Shown here: positions 1 through 13,403 of the stretch, piece by piece
How positions within the stretch are numbered: the stretch's first letter is position 1
Layout: each line of letters begins with the position of its first letter
NCBI GenBank assembly: GCA_964016885.1
Contig: OZ024749.1
Span: 56,606,001 to 56,670,000 of the forward strand
Direction of reading: 5' to 3'
DNA from: Eledone cirrhosa
Lineage: Eukaryota
Length of the DNA stretch: 64,000 bases
Translations under genes and position numbers: made by a program
Notes under the pieces: model-generated
Told to the model about the DNA's origin: nothing
The model's input: only the letters and a program-made list of their open reading frames with translations
Database searches by the model: none

Positions 1-77
1 TTCCTGTCTTTTGGTAAATCTATATCTGTTTAAACTGCATCTTTGTTTTCTAAAATAGTAAGGTATTGGATTGGCAA

Positions 78-276
78 GGGGCAGTGGATTGGCAGTATCG
101 GTAGAGGATAGGACACCATGCTTTGCAGCATAGAGTTATGGCCCTTGCCATTCTGAGTTCAAATCCCGCCGAGGTTAACTTTGCCTTTCATCCTTACGGG
201 ATCGATAAAATAAAGTACCAGTAATGTACTGGGATAATTGCTGGTCTTGTGCCAAATGTAGAAACAATTATTATTT
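78..276 (+). mobile_element. tRNA-derived SINE, full length, short variant
   Basis: A-box-like TGGCAGTATCGG, B-box GAGTTCAAATCC, central GCCTTTCATCCTTACGGGATCGATAAAATAAAGTACCAG and (ATT)n tail; many homologous copies in the window. Confidence 0.9.
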
Positions 277-289
277 GAGGATGACACGA

Positions 290-520
290 GGGTAGTGGAT
301 AGGCAGTGATCGGTAGAGCGTCAGACAACATGCTTTGCAGCATGGAGTTACGGCTCTTTATGTTCTGAGTTAAAATCCTTCCGAGGTTGACTTTGACTTT
401 CATCCTTACGGGGTTCGATAACAAAGAACCAGTAACACACTGGGGTCAATTTAATCGACTTTTAGCCCCACCTCGCCTAAAAAACTCTTTGGCCTTGTGC
501 CCAAATCAGAAATCATTATT
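290..520 (+). mobile_element. tRNA-derived SINE, long variant
   Basis: Same family, with an extra GGGGTCAATTTAATCGACT..CCCC segment before the GGCCTTGTGCC tail. Confidence 0.85.
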
Positions 521-846
521 TAAGGGCTACAAACATTGCTTCAATGTTTTTAGGAGATGAAATAACTCTGGACACTTCTGCCGCCTTAACTTTGGAATAC
601 GAACCAGTACGAGACCTCGAAACAGCATCGAGTGCTTCAAGCGGCACACCGCCTATATCACTGTCACACATATAACTAACACACACACACACACATATAA
701 CTAACACACACACACACACATATATATAACTAACACACACACATATATATTCAAAAGAAATCATCAATATCCGAGGATTTATTGTGAAATGAAACAGTTC
801 TAGTCCTGTAGAAGTCATTTCTATATTAAACTTTGGTTTACACTCT

Positions 847-890
<44 letters not shown>

Positions 891-892
<2 letters not shown>

Positions 893-1047
893 CGAAGGAA
901 ATGTGGTAAGGAACCAGGTGGACCATAACGCACCAAAGTACTCAATATTTGAGGTAGTAGAGTGGGTAATAGGAACCAGTAAGACCCCGACAGCTGAGCT
1001 CAAGCCGTCGAAACGGCTTGAGCTCAGCTGTCGGGGTCTTACTGGTT

Positions 1048-1052
<5 letters not shown>
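891..1052. mobile_element. (TA)n-embedded fold-back element, family A (Penelope-like terminus suspected)
   Basis: (TA)n on both sides; perfect 40-bp inverted repeat 969-1008/1013-1052 with CGAA loop; homologous to 58719-58923 and 26330-26389. Confidence 0.75.
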
Positions 1053-1084
<32 letters not shown>

Positions 1085-1842
1085 GTAGCTCCATTTGCAC
1101 ATATTGCTATTACTCGACATTAATTAATCTTTTCAATTTACAGACCTAGGACGCCTTCTCAAAACATCTCCCCAAGGCTACTATATTACACAATGTCCAC
1201 CAGTCTCTCATAAATATCACTTTCTCTATAGTTGCTATTTCTCGACTAGAATACAGCCGAAATCTTCTACACTGTTGTCTGCTTTCATTGCTTCCCATCA
1301 GCTTTTCAAAATACCTACCCGGTTCTCTCTCTCTGTTTGTGTGAAGGTATGCATATACGTATATGATTATATATATATCCATACATATGAATATATATAT
1401 ACATATCTATATATACTCCTTGTTGCTGCTGTATAGTACAGTTTTCAGAACCGTGAGAAGACCAGACAAAGATGTATTGAAGTGTCTGGTGGTAGATGTA
1501 GAATATATTAAACTAGTATATTCTTGAATGTGATATATCAATAAAGATGGGAGATTGTTCCGATTAATAAACCGAGTGAAACATTCTGCAGACACTCATG
1601 AAAGGAATATATGAAGTATTACATTATTTTAACAGGGAAAATACCATGGTACGTTATTTTTATTGCCATGTTGTTGATAGAGCATCGAAATACTTTTCAT
1701 GGTCAAATGGAATCAAATCATAGTTTTAAGTATTCATAATATTAAAAATCGGGGGGGGGGGGGGAGGGTAATACTCTACTCTCTACTCTCCCTACATTTA
1801 TAATTATCTATTTATCTATTTATAATAATCTATTTTTAATAA

Positions 1843-1934
1843 TCTAGCTAGACGGATTCGAACCTTCGACCTAAGGATAACAACTACCTATAACAAACTA
1901 CAGTCCTCCGCTCTACCTACTGAGCTATCGGGTA
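1843..1934 (-). pseudogene. tRNA-Tyr(GTA) pseudogene with 19-nt intron
   Basis: Minus strand reads GATAGCTCAGTAGGTAGAGCGGAGGACTGTAG-[intron 1897-1879]-ATCCTTAGGTCGAAGGTTCGAATCCGTC. D arm and anticodon arm are intact, the T stem has one mismatch and the acceptor stem does not pair. Confidence 0.85.
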
Positions 1935-2172
1935 ACTTGCTTCTTACCACCAAATTTAACATTGAAATTGGATTTGAAATAAATTTAATGATTACAATTG
2001 GAGTTCATTAGTTCAATCCAACCTTGGGTTGTTATAATCGACGATTTTTGTTCAACGTTTCCAAGCCATTTATTGAGGTATCTCGCTACGCTATGTATGC
2101 AAAACAAAAAGGACTTGCAGTACACACAAAATGATTGCATTACCCTATTTACCCCACTATCTCTCACTCCCG

Positions 2173-2234
<62 letters not shown>

Positions 2235-2358
2235 TAAGATATGTATTAATTCCTATCTATGCATCTATATTTCTCTTTCCTTATCTATCTATGAATCTGT
2301 CGGTCTGTTGCGTGTATGAATTCGATGATAAGCTGTCAAACGTACACGGCACATATAA

Positions 2359-2457
<99 letters not shown>

Positions 2458-2458
2458 C

Positions 2459-2493
<35 letters not shown>

Positions 2494-2494
2494 C

Positions 2495-2525
<31 letters not shown>

Positions 2526-2750
2526 CATGTATATATATACATATATATACATGTATATATATACATGTATATATACATGTATATATTGTCGATCTGCTAA
2601 TCGTGTAGAAAGTTGTTCATTATATTTGGCTTCTAGATTGTTTTAATAGAAATTTCGATTTTTTAATAGAATTTATCGTTACTATTGGTGATTAAAATCG
2701 TCTCCTAGATATATATCATGACTTGCGGATATGTATAAACGCTTACACAA

Positions 2751-2834
<84 letters not shown>

Positions 2835-2871
2835 ATATTTACGTATATAGATATGTATTTATCTATCCCCT

Positions 2872-2929
<58 letters not shown>

Positions 2930-3649
2930 CGCGAGTATTGTTTGTTTGACATGATATACACGACTAAAACAAAGTTAAATGTTCCTATTCCCAACGGGGC
3001 AATATTTTTATATGTTATATTAAAATATCTTCCCGCGAGACTGATGACGGAACTCCACCAATGTTCCACTATATTTTTATGGGATTTAATGGGTTGCAAT
3101 GGAAATTAGTTCACTATAAAAAAAAATCTTTATAGATTATTTTATTTTCCATCGTGTTATATTGTAATTCCTTTATGTGTAGTCGTACCTTTGTTTTTTA
3201 TGGAAGAATAAAACAGTATTAAACAAAAATATGATGACGTATTATTTGAAATTAACGGTAATGGTAGTTTACTAATATTGATATAAAGTCTGAAATATTT
3301 AGGGAAGGGTTAGCGTGAAGTAATTGAACGGCAATAATTTTACGGTGCTTTAAGGTATCGACAATGGAACAGTGAAAAAATAAAGGGTTTTAACATTAAA
3401 ACTATAAAGTGGATTTGATAACGAATATTAAAGAAATGTAACTAAAGTCGTAGTTTCAAATCATTGCTGATTGTTACCAAAATGTTCGATCTAATGATTG
3501 GAATAAGGTTACTCGATAGAATGTAACTGGGAGATCTGAGAGTCGCTACAGGCGGAGCCACAACTTCTCCGAATTGGGAGATTACAGTTCCGATACTACG
3601 GATATGTGGTTAGAATGTCTCAGGAAAGAATCACTGACTTCAATTATTT

Positions 3650-3691
<42 letters not shown>

Positions 3692-4004
3692 GGTCACGTG
3701 CATGTGTATCTGTGGATATGCACATTTAAAATATAAAACACATTGCATATTATATATGTATAATTGTTTGTTATATATATTTACTGTTCGTTTATAATAT
3801 TTATGTAAATATATATGTCAAATATATATATATGTACATAATATAGATATACATATATAAAGTAAACATACATATAGGAGCATGTATATTCTTTGTTTCT
3901 ATTTGTTTCACTGTAAGTTTGTTTTTCAACAAAAGGCTGCCATAAAATTTAAATGATAATATCGGTTTAAATGTCATGTTTAGTTATCGTCAGTGTTCTT
4001 AACA

Positions 4005-4760
4005 GCCCCACCACCACTACCCCCTGCACCCCCCCCTGCACTAACCCCCCATCAATATCACCACCCACCCCCCACTAACCAACGCCATCACCCCCACCCC
4101 CATCAATACCCCCACCTCCACCACCACCCCTGCACCATCACCATCAATACCAACACCACCATCAATACTACATCATCATCATTGTCCCCATCGTTACCAC
4201 CACCATCACCACCATCACCATCACCATCATCATTGTCCCCATCGTTACCATCACCACCACCACCACCACCATCACCACCACCACCACCACCACCATCAAC
4301 AATTGTGATGGTAATCAGTATAGTGTTCCATATTTTATCCAATTAATTACATTAACAAATACAAATAACGATATCAGCAACCACCACAAATATTTGCCAC
4401 AACAACAACAACAACAACATCAACAGTAGCAGTAACAACAACAACAACAACAGTAGCAGTAACAACAACAACAACAACACTAGCAGTAACAACAACAACA
4501 ACATCAGTAGCAGTAACAACAACAACAACAGTAGCAGTAACAACAACAACAGCAATAACAACAACAGTAGCAGTAACAACAACAACAACAACAACAACAA
4601 CACTAGCAGTAACAACAATAACAACAGTAGCAGTAACAACAACAACAGCAATAACAACAGCAACAACAAATGTAACAACGACAACTGCATCAACAACAAC
4701 AAAAGTAACAGCAACGACAATCACCACCACAACAACAACAACTGCAACCATATCACCAAT
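4005..4760. repeat. (CCA)n/(CAT)n then (CAA)n/(CAGTAG) low-complexity arrays
   Basis: Direct reading; source of the poly-P/L/V ORFs. Confidence 0.9.
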
Positions 4761-5259
4761 ACAGTTACCAAAACAATTTACTATAAAGCAATGCAGACAA
4801 ACAAACATGTGTCCGCAATGACTGTAAATATAAACAATAACTACATTACAAATCAATCAGTTATGTATCGATAACACCATTAACAATGCTGCCTGAATTA
4901 CCAACAATAACAACAACAATATTATCGAAAATAACGAATCAATGAAGAGCCTTGACGATGGCGTTCTTGAAATTTAAAATAATCAAATCTCCCTAAAACC
5001 ACCAAGTGCCCTTACAAAACATTGGATAACTTACACCTATATTGTGTAGGTCAGAAAACAAGATGGTTTGTTGGTGGCTAGAAATACCCCCTTAATTCGG
5101 CTGGATTAAGGATAATCTAGGCTTTGAGTACAGTTCTTGAAATATCATTGAAACACACATTCCTAGAAATAGCAGACAGATCTCCGAATGAAAACTTCCT
5201 GCCCTCATGAATATAGAAAATCATTCGATAATGTATTTCTTCTTCTTCTTCTTCTGAAG

Positions 5260-5502
5260 AAATAAAGTACCAGTAATGCACTGGGTAATTGCTGGCCTTG
5301 TGCCCAAAGTAGAAACATTATTGGCAGTATCGGTAGAGGGTCGGACGCCATGCTTTGCAGCAAAGAGTTACGGCCCTTTATGGTCTGAGTTCAAATCCCG
5401 CCGAGGTTAACTTTGCCTTTCATCCTTACGGGGTCGATAAAATAAAATACCAGTAATGCTCTGGTTAATTGCTGGCCTTGTGCCAAACGTAGAAACAATT
5501 AT
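5260..5502 (+). mobile_element. tandem SINEs: 3' fragment (5260-5322) plus near-full short copy (5320-5502)
   Basis: High similarity to 78-276. Confidence 0.9.
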
Positions 5503-6316
5503 ATCTTCGTTAAAACTAGTTTCTTTTCTGCTTCATTAACAATAGAAAGATTTCACCCAGAATGAGAGGTACCTATCGTTTGACATAAGTATTGTTGTAT
5601 TCCATGAAATAAATATTTATCGTTTTCTCTACAGAACAAACAACATAATATACAACTATACAATTACAACGAAAGCTTCATTGTGACTCGTATTTTCATA
5701 AAATCTTCGTATTTTAGGTGTGTCTCACTAAGAAGAGTAATTTAGTGTTTTTATTGGTAATTTAAAAGAAACATATGTATATGTGGACGTACTTACAATA
5801 GGTACACACATAAATATATAAATACATACATAAACGTCCATCCATACATACACAAATACCTCTCCATCTCTGCGCATATATACACAGTATGTACACACAC
5901 ACACACACACATATATATACGTGTGTGTGTGTGGAGGGGGGGGGGGGTTATTAAGCGGTACAACAAGCATTTATGCCTAATATATACTTGCATATATTTC
6001 CATGCACAATTAGACCCATAGGAATTTTAGAAGTAAAGAGTGAATAATTTTAGAAGAAATCCTTTCTATGCATCATTTAAACAAGATACTATCCCCTCAT
6101 CTGTATACAGACGTCTTCATTTCAACATCACCCTTCTCTCTACCATCTTTATTTTACACATTCAACAACGTGTCACCTTCACTAAAAGACTGTATATAAT
6201 GATAGACTTTCTAAACGAGAGTTCTCTCTATTGATCAGTTTCTCCTTTATTGGTTTCATTCTGATTCTGAATAATTGAAGGAACTCAACTTGTCCAGCCT
6301 CCTCTCATTTTACTCC

Positions 6317-6379
<63 letters not shown>

Positions 6380-6381
6380 GT

Positions 6382-6423
6382 GGCTCTGATGAACGCCAAC
6401 CAGCGTGAAACAGACTGTCAGCT
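6382..6423 (+). ncRNA. minimal type I hammerhead ribozyme motif
   Basis: GGCT-CTGATGA-ACGC(CAACCA)GCGT-GAAACA(GAC)TGTC-AGCT: complete CUGAUGA/GAAA/GUC core with stems I, II and III; lies in a unique island (6376-6550) between (TA)n tracts. Confidence 0.7.
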
Positions 6424-6547
6424 TCTCTCCCTTCTCTCGTCGAAAAGAAGTAAGTGACATAGTCACTACTTTAAAACTGATAGCGTATGGTCTTCTAAAT
6501 GTTTTTAATTAGACATACGGTATATTGCCAAATATACTATGCATACA

Positions 6548-6580
<33 letters not shown>

Positions 6581-6584
<4 letters not shown>

Positions 6585-6838
6585 GTAGAGCACTGGAGGG
6601 TTATATCCGTAGTAGTAGAGCAATGAGTCGATGGGACGAGTTATATAGAAGTGGTTACACAACAGTTAGTTCACCATAGCGAGAACAAATGTTTCACCTT
6701 ATTCGGATCCCCATATTCAACAGAATACTCAATACATGTGATAGAGTGTGACGGTATTTGTCAGAATCAGGACCCGACGTCTGGAAGTATCTGTCGAAAC
6801 GGCAGGAATTCAGCTGTCGGGCCCCGATATTTACTCAT
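6581..6838. mobile_element. diverged family A-like element between (TA)n and (TA)/(GA)n
   Basis: Shares ACTCAATAC..GATAG and GGACCCGAC with family A, then switches to the inverted terminus GTCTGGAAGTATCTGTCGAAACGGCAGGAATTCAGCTGTCGGG. Confidence 0.55.
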
Positions 6839-6841
6839 ATA

Positions 6842-6967
<126 letters not shown>

Positions 6968-7558
6968 TGTTTATATAAATATGAAATCATTCATAAGAAA
7001 GTTTCTGATTATATGAAGGAATGTGTGTAGATTTGATATATGTTTTTCATAATATTCTATTAAATCATTATATATATATATATGAGTCTACGAACGTATG
7101 TATATAAGTACGAAGGAATGTTTTTATGAGACTGCCCCCACTCTATATGTGATTGTGTATTTGGTATAGTTGTTTGTATTAATCTGTGTAACTAATTATA
7201 TGATTAAGACCTTACCATTGTTCGACGCAGGTATCGGAATGGATGGATTGGAAGAGAGGAGGGGGGTGGGTATAGAAAAGTAATAGAATCTCAGGTTTGT
7301 GTGTGGATCAGCTTAGAACACAAGCACGATCTCTCTCTCTCACACACACAGGCACACACACACATATACATACACATATATATATATATATACATACATA
7401 CATACATATATATTATATATATATTTAAATATATTCATATATATATATATACACATATATATGAGCGTATATATATATTCATGTACATACATATACACAC
7501 ACACACATATATACATATATATATATATATATAGATATTCATATACATATATATATGA

Positions 7559-7628
<70 letters not shown>

Positions 7629-8276
7629 CATTAATACAATTCCACATTCATTTCAGTTTTTTAGGGAGTCTATAGATGTGTGAGTAAGATTTCCAATGTT
7701 ATTCTTCTTCAGATCCTCAAATCATGTTAACACGTGTAGAGTGTGTCGTAAATAAAGAAATGTTAGCCTGAAAATGTGGGGATTAGATAAACTTCGTTTT
7801 TGTTATAATTAATTATGTGAAGACTTTGGTAATTGTTGGGGTATAGATATAAGTATGTATATTGGTACAGTACTCAATATATATATATATGTGTGTGTGT
7901 ATGTATGTAGGTATATATATATGTACGTAGGGAGAGAGAAAAAAATTCATAATGGCCTATTTCAGATATACTCTCTAAGAATTAATTGATCTGATGTAAA
8001 GTTATCACTTTTTCACATACACACACATATGTACGTGTGTATATATGTATATATATATATATAACAGATTTATATGTATTCCTGTATATACATATACGTA
8101 CACGTATGTATAAATGTAATCATCTAATGTTTTACATTATATAACACATATGTATTCCGCTATATACATATATGTATATATATATGTGTATGTGTATATA
8201 TATATATATATATGTATGTATGTGTTACATTGGATCGGGCACACACAGATTGGTTCAATGGTTCTATGTCCTTGGT

Positions 8277-8382
8277 CGAGGTTAACTTTGCCTTTCATCC
8301 TTAAGGATTCGATAAAATAAAGTACCAGTAATGCACTGAGATAATTGCTGGCCTTGTGCCAAAAATAGAAACTATTATTATT
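8277..8382 (+). mobile_element. 5'-truncated SINE, short variant
   Basis: Central domain and tail match the family. Confidence 0.85.
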
Positions 8383-8897
8383 AATAGTTGATATAATAAT
8401 AAACAATAATTATTAAGTAACATTGTATCTTCTATCAACAAGGTGTATCATAATCCGCTACAATGACTTCATGGTTTAGCCGGGAGACGAGGTCTGAGTA
8501 GTTATCAAACAACAAGGAACGCCATTACACTCTATTGTTAACTATAGTTTTACGCCTCATAAAATTTCAATATAATTTTATATTTAATAAACGTTACATT
8601 AAACACAGTTATATATATTTTTCTAATATCTTTTATGATGTTTGAAATGTTGTATATTATTTCCAATCTATTTATGGCCGGTTGTTTTTTCTGTCTTCAA
8701 TCAGGTTAAGAAAATTTACATATAAATCTCTCTATGGAAAATATTTTACTTTGTTTCGTAAATAACTTCTCCAAAGACTTTAAAGAACTCTACATTGTCA
8801 ACAAACCAGTCACACTTCTCTTATATAATCTTTATCTTCCTTTTTCAAAGAATGTAATAATAATAATAATGATTTCTTTTGTCGTTACAACATTCAT

Positions 8898-9096
8898 GAT
8901 AATAATAATTGTTTCTACTTTTGGCACAAGGCCAGCAATTGCCCAGTACATTACTGGTACTTTATTTTATCGACCCCGTAAGGATGAAAGGCAAAGTTAA
9001 CCTCGGCGGGATTTGAACTCAGAATGATAAGGGCCGTAACTCTATGCGTCAAAGCATGGCGTCCGACCCTCTACCGATACTGCCAATCCACCGCCC
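8898..9096 (-). mobile_element. SINE, full length, short variant
   Basis: Reverse complement of the family consensus from the GGGCGGTGGATTGG head to the (ATT)n tail. Confidence 0.9.
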
Positions 9097-9142
9097 GCAT
9101 GATAATAATAATGATTTCATTTATTAGCCACAAGGGCCGACA

Positions 9143-9315
9143 TAATAATAATAATAATGGTTTCTGATTTTGGCAGAAAACCTACAATTTGGGGGGAGGG
9201 GAAAGTCTATTAAATCGACCCCAAAGCGTTAGTGGGACTTTATTTTATCGATAGCTAACTTCAGCGGTATTTGAACTCAGAATATAGAGAGACGTAACTA
9301 TATGTCGTAAAGCAG
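9143..9315 (-). mobile_element. SINE, long variant with internal deletion
   Basis: TTTGAACTCAGAA, TTTTATCGA and AATCGACCCC landmarks. Confidence 0.75.
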
Positions 9316-9935
9316 GCAAGCCAGCCAGCCACCATCTTACACCCAGCCAGCCAGCCACCATCTCCTACCCAGCCAGCCACCATATAGACCCAGCCAGCAA
9401 GCCAGCCAGCCACCATCTACTACCCAGCCAGACAGTCATCCACCATCTTATACGTAGCCAGCCACCTTCTTATACCCAGCCAGCCAGCCACCATATATAC
9501 CCAGCCAGCCAGCCACCATCTACTTCCCAGCCAGCCAGCCAGCCACCATATATACCCAGCCAGCCAGCCACCATCTACTTCCCAGCCAGCCAGCCAGCCA
9601 CCATCTACTTCCCAGCCAGCCAGCCAGCCACCATCTACTTCCCAGCCAGCCAGCCAGCCACCATATATACCCAGCCAGCCAGTCATCCACCATCTTACAC
9701 CCAGCCAGCCACCATCTTTAACCCAGCGAGCCATCCACCACATAACCAGCCATCCATCCACCATCTTATACCCACCCAGGCAGCCAGCCACCATCTACTA
9801 CCCACCCAGCCAGCCACCATATAAATCCAGCCATCCACCATCCAAACCCAGCCAGCCAGCCATTCGACCAGCCATCCAACCAGCCAGCCACCCATCCGAC
9901 CAGTCACCATTCTATATTCACTAAGACAGCCGGCC
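9316..9935. repeat. (CCAG)n-based minisatellite, about 29-bp units (CCAGCCAGCCAGCCAGCCACCATCTACTT-like)
   Basis: Direct reading; homogeneous in the middle and degenerate at the ends. Confidence 0.9.
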
Positions 9936-10044
9936 ACCTTTATAAATATGTATAAAGTACAACTCCTCCCCGATTATCCATGTGAGCTCTCAACAGCATC
10001 TGCTACGTGACTGTCAAAATGATATGTATCTTACATATTGTTGA

Positions 10045-10594
10045 GGGAGAGAGAGAGAGTTAAAGAGAGGGAGACGGAGGGGGGGACGGAGAGAGAGTAA
10101 GAAAGAAATAAAGCAAGAGAAAGAGGGGAAATAAGGAAAAAGTGAAACGTTGTAAAGCGAGAGAAAGAGAGGGAGAGAGAGAGAAAGAGAGGGGGAGAGA
10201 GAGAGAAAGAGAGGGGGAGAGAGAGAAAGAGAGGGGGAGAGAGAGAGAAAGAGAGGGAGAGAGAGAGAAAGAGAGGGGGAGAGAGAGAGAAAGAGAGGGG
10301 GAGAGAGAGAGAGAAAGAGAGGGGGAGAGAGAGAGAAAGAGAGGGGGGAGAGAGAAAGAGAGGGGGAGAGAGAGAGAAAGGGAGGGGGAGAGAGAGAAAG
10401 AGAGGGGGAGAGAGAGAAAGAGGGAGAGAGAAAGAGAGAGAGAGAAAGAGGGGGAGAGAAAGAGAGAGAGAAAAAGAGGGAGAGAGAGAAAGAGAGAAAG
10501 AGAGGGAGAGAGAGAGAGAGAAAGAGAGGGGGAGAGAGAGAAAGAAAGAAAGAACTAGAGTAACAACGAGTAGCAAAAAAAGAAGAGAGAGAGA
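10045..10594. repeat. polypurine (GA)n-derived array
   Basis: Repeated GAGAGAAAGAGAGGGG units. Confidence 0.9.
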
Positions 10595-11074
10595 TTATAC
10601 TATATGTGTACATATGTAGTTTGTTGTTGTTAATGTGTTTATATGTGTGTGAGTGTTGTAGCAATTATCATCATAGTGTGTGTGTGTGTGTATGTGTGTG
10701 TGTATGTGTAGGTGTATATGTAAGTGTGTATGTATGTGTGTCTGTGTCTGTATGTCTATGTATATGTATGTAGGTGTATATGCGGGTGTGTATGTGTATG
10801 TAGGTGTGTATGTATATATGTGTATGTAGGTGTATGTATATGTAGGTGTGTGGATGTATATGTAGGTGTGTATATGTATGTGTGTGTATGTATATGTATG
10901 TGTGTATGTGTGTGTATGTGTATGTAGGTGTGTATGTGTATGTAGGTGTGTATGTGGGGGTTGTGAAAGATCGATAATGTTGCATACATAATGCACCAAC
11001 TCTGACATTTCTTTGTTACATGTACGTTTATACCTAAGTTATACGTGTATAGTCAATTGTATTATTTTACATTA

Positions 11075-11282
11075 AATCGGTGGAGCGCCGGATAACATGC
11101 TTGGCGGCATAGAGTAATTGTCTTCTTACATTCTGAGTTCAAATCCTGCCGAGGTTAACTTTGCCTTTCATCCTTACTGGGGTCGATACAATAAAGTACC
11201 AGTAATGCACTGGGGTCGATTTAATCAATTTTCCCCTCCCCTTCAAATTGCTGGCATTGTGCCTAAATCAGAAACCACTATT
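11075..11282 (+). mobile_element. SINE, long variant
   Basis: B box, central domain, GGGGTCGATTTAATC insert and tail. Confidence 0.85.
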
Positions 11283-12521
11283 TTACTCGCTTCAAAACAG
11301 GCTGCGCCCATGCTGGTGCACCGCACTGCTTTGATTTAATCGATCATCATATCGGCCGCATATTCTAACATACATGAATAGGTTGACACCTTTCAAGGTT
11401 ATTTCCGGGGTTTTATTCATCCCTTCTATCATATTTCAGACAAAATGATTTATTGTCCAATGCGACATTGCCTTCTTTCCAATATTCCGATTATCAAATT
11501 CTACATTTTAAACCCCAATGTCCTTGATAATATTTGATTTAGTAGGTTTCTATAAAACTAGTTGATAGTTAAACAACCAGTTAGACTATGTTTCGCCAAC
11601 TATCTTTTTATACAATGATTTAACAATACTGTGGCAAAACTATATTTGTATATTAATTTCACTTTCTACTCATCATAACACCTGCAAGGTATGTATCCAC
11701 TTCCTAAACTGATTCCTCGTAATTTCCCATTATGCAAATCTCTCCCAGCTACGTTGAATATTTAGAAGTTTATTACTAGAGTTGTACAGTCTAGCATGGC
11801 TATATTTTTGTTATTTTTCTGTTGCTTTACATTTGGGGAGGATAAACCATGAAAGATTCAGGCAAAAATTATATATTTTCATTCGGGTTTAAACCAGACA
11901 AATAACCGTTCGTACTTTGTAGTTATTTTCAGTTGTATGACAGAGAAAAAAGGAGATCCAAGTTCTCTCTCAGCTCTGACTGAAAATAACCCTATGAAAG
12001 ATAATGTTCAGATGGTGGGAATCCTGTCAGTTTTCTCCAGTATTGCCTTTCTAAGTATATATTCCCAAGTATAGAGTGTAGTTTGAGAGAGATGTGTATG
12101 CGTTTTTATATACTATTTGCTTAAAATAATATTTATCCTTTAAAACTGTATACCTATATCGCCTTTTATCAGATATAGTGATGGTAAGGAAATATCGCTC
12201 CTAATAAATATGACGCCTTACAAAGAGTGAGAAAACACATTAGCAAATCGGATTTCTGGGGATAGCATAGAAGCTAAGACAGGGGTGGAAAATCCGTAAA
12301 GATTTCTCCTCAATTTATCTCCCTTTGGCAATTTTCAGGATGTAACTAAACCTTGTCGTGTTGTGTCTTGTGTGATCATATTGATAAACAAACAATTATG
12401 GTTTTGTTTTGTTGTAGAAATATCGTGTTATGTGAAGGTGTTTCATTGTAAAAAAAGGTCTATTTGGGCAAAAGTGAGGATCTGTGTTGTGGAAACACTT
12501 GGTGGGCATATTGGAATATTG

Positions 12522-12624
<103 letters not shown>

Positions 12625-13249
12625 TGTGCGTGTAGCCACACGTACACACAAAACACGTCCACAAACAACACCTTGTTATCTTTTCCAAAGATGAAACTAC
12701 GCAATCACTGAAATGTTCATCGTTACTTTTATTTCACCAATCTTGGAAATATTCGAGTATTGTTGTAGTATATTTGATATTTTTTATATCCAATATTCCA
12801 TACAATACAATCATCATTGTTTATCAAGTTATTTTTTCTTCGTTTCTCTTTCCTTCTTCTGTATTGTTAGAAGTGTTTCTTGTATTTCTTGTGTGAAAAT
12901 TGTAAAAATATTTCTAATATTTTATCAAGAATATTTGGCTGCGGGGTATATGTCTATTTTTATATTACTGTAATAAATACAACCACCGGTACCCTGGTAC
13001 AAAACTATCTTGAAATATGGCTAAGCTAAAAAAATTGAAAGAATTATTCAAAATATCTTCTTTGTTCTTATTCCAACATTTTATAGCAAAACAAACAACA
13101 AATATCTCACCTCTTCTTGTAAAACATCACGATAAAGCGGTAGGAATAATGTTCTTTTTAAATTAAATAATGTTCTTGTTAAATTGACCATCTGCAATCT
13201 ATGTACAAAAGCACAAGTAAACACGTCTCGAGAGCAACAAGACTCAATT

Positions 13250-13369
13250 CTACTACTACTACAACAACTCCTACCACAGCTGCTGCTGCTACTACTACTA
13301 CTACCACAGCTGCGGCTACTACTACTACCACAGCTACTACTACTACAACTCCTACCACAGCTGCGGCTG

Positions 13370-13403
<34 letters not shown>

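Noticed and set aside
194-424. Recurring short ORFs with SNPAEVNFAFHP or TGTLFYRPRKDERQS
   Set aside because: Translations of the SINE, not a protein family.
553-675. Possible terminal exon after TTTTTAG (DEITLDTSAALTLEYEPVRDLETASS...)
   Set aside because: Short, no recognisable homology and no partner exons; cannot be supported without RNA data.
3034-3070. Other CTGANGA occurrences (3041, 25982, 48240, 51309, 51664; minus strand near 42238)
   Set aside because: None has a stem II followed by GAAA and stem III, so they are not hammerheads.
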